Source: Escherichia phage Pollock. Taken from it: 64,000 bases of DNA. The stretch lies in the sequence record NC_027381.1. One strand, given 5' to 3'. Positions 63,874-64,000 of the stretch are shown here, in pieces; the stretch's first letter is position 1, and each line of letters begins with the position of its first letter. The notes below the pieces were generated by a model. That model saw only the letters and a program-made list of their open reading frames with translations. It was not told where the DNA came from and did no database searches. Position numbers and translations under genes: made by a program.

Positions 63874-64000
63874 AAAAATTCTAATTCACACATTACACAT
63901 CAGATAGATAGTATGTACATAAACACATGTGTATCCATACATATCGCTATAACGCTCTAGGAAGCTCTACAATGAGATTAAGGGTAGAGGTAATAGGGTA

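Noticed and set aside
1-64000. CRISPR arrays, integrase/attachment sites, IS elements or transposase genes
   Set aside because: No regularly spaced direct repeats, no tyrosine/serine recombinase-like ORF and no transposase-like ORF were seen; the content is consistent with a strictly lytic phage.

Overview
The window reads as most of the genome of a lytic N4-like podovirus, apparently in circularly permuted form. A plus-strand early/middle block runs from ~59.9 kb, through the window end, and on from 1 to 27.4 kb: tRNA cluster, early ORFs, a split T7-like RNA polymerase (RNAPII-like), dUTPase, a TerB-like protein, an intron-interrupted MoxR-like ATPase with a metallopeptidase/vWA partner, two further AAA ATPases, a PPP phosphatase, an SF1 helicase, an HNH-split family A DNA polymerase, ThyX, a nuclease and putative SSB/RusA-like proteins. 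A minus-strand late block (27.5-59.8 kb) holds a giant 3,537-aa ORF (virion RNA polymerase by size and synteny), structural proteins, major capsid, portal, two tail fibre proteins with C-terminal chaperone domains, and terminase; it is interrupted by a plus-strand lysis cassette (48.7-50.6 kb: holin-like, GH24 endolysin, embedded spanins). No integrase, CRISPR array or IS element was seen. The most notable observations are: (1) four small Cys-rich paralogues interleaved with the two RNAP halves; (2) two group I introns in the AAA ATPase gene, one td-like and carrying an HNH endonuclease; (3) a DNA polymerase split between motifs A and B by a free-standing HNH gene; (4) a recurring 3-nt-loop GC hairpin followed by TCTCTTTGG; (5) an ~0.85 kb structure-rich non-coding stretch after the tRNAs; (6) a GC-rich island inside a tail fibre gene; (7) two neighbouring proteins sharing a PTKSLFA C-terminal tail. 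All calls come from reading the sequence and the ORF track; no database search was run.
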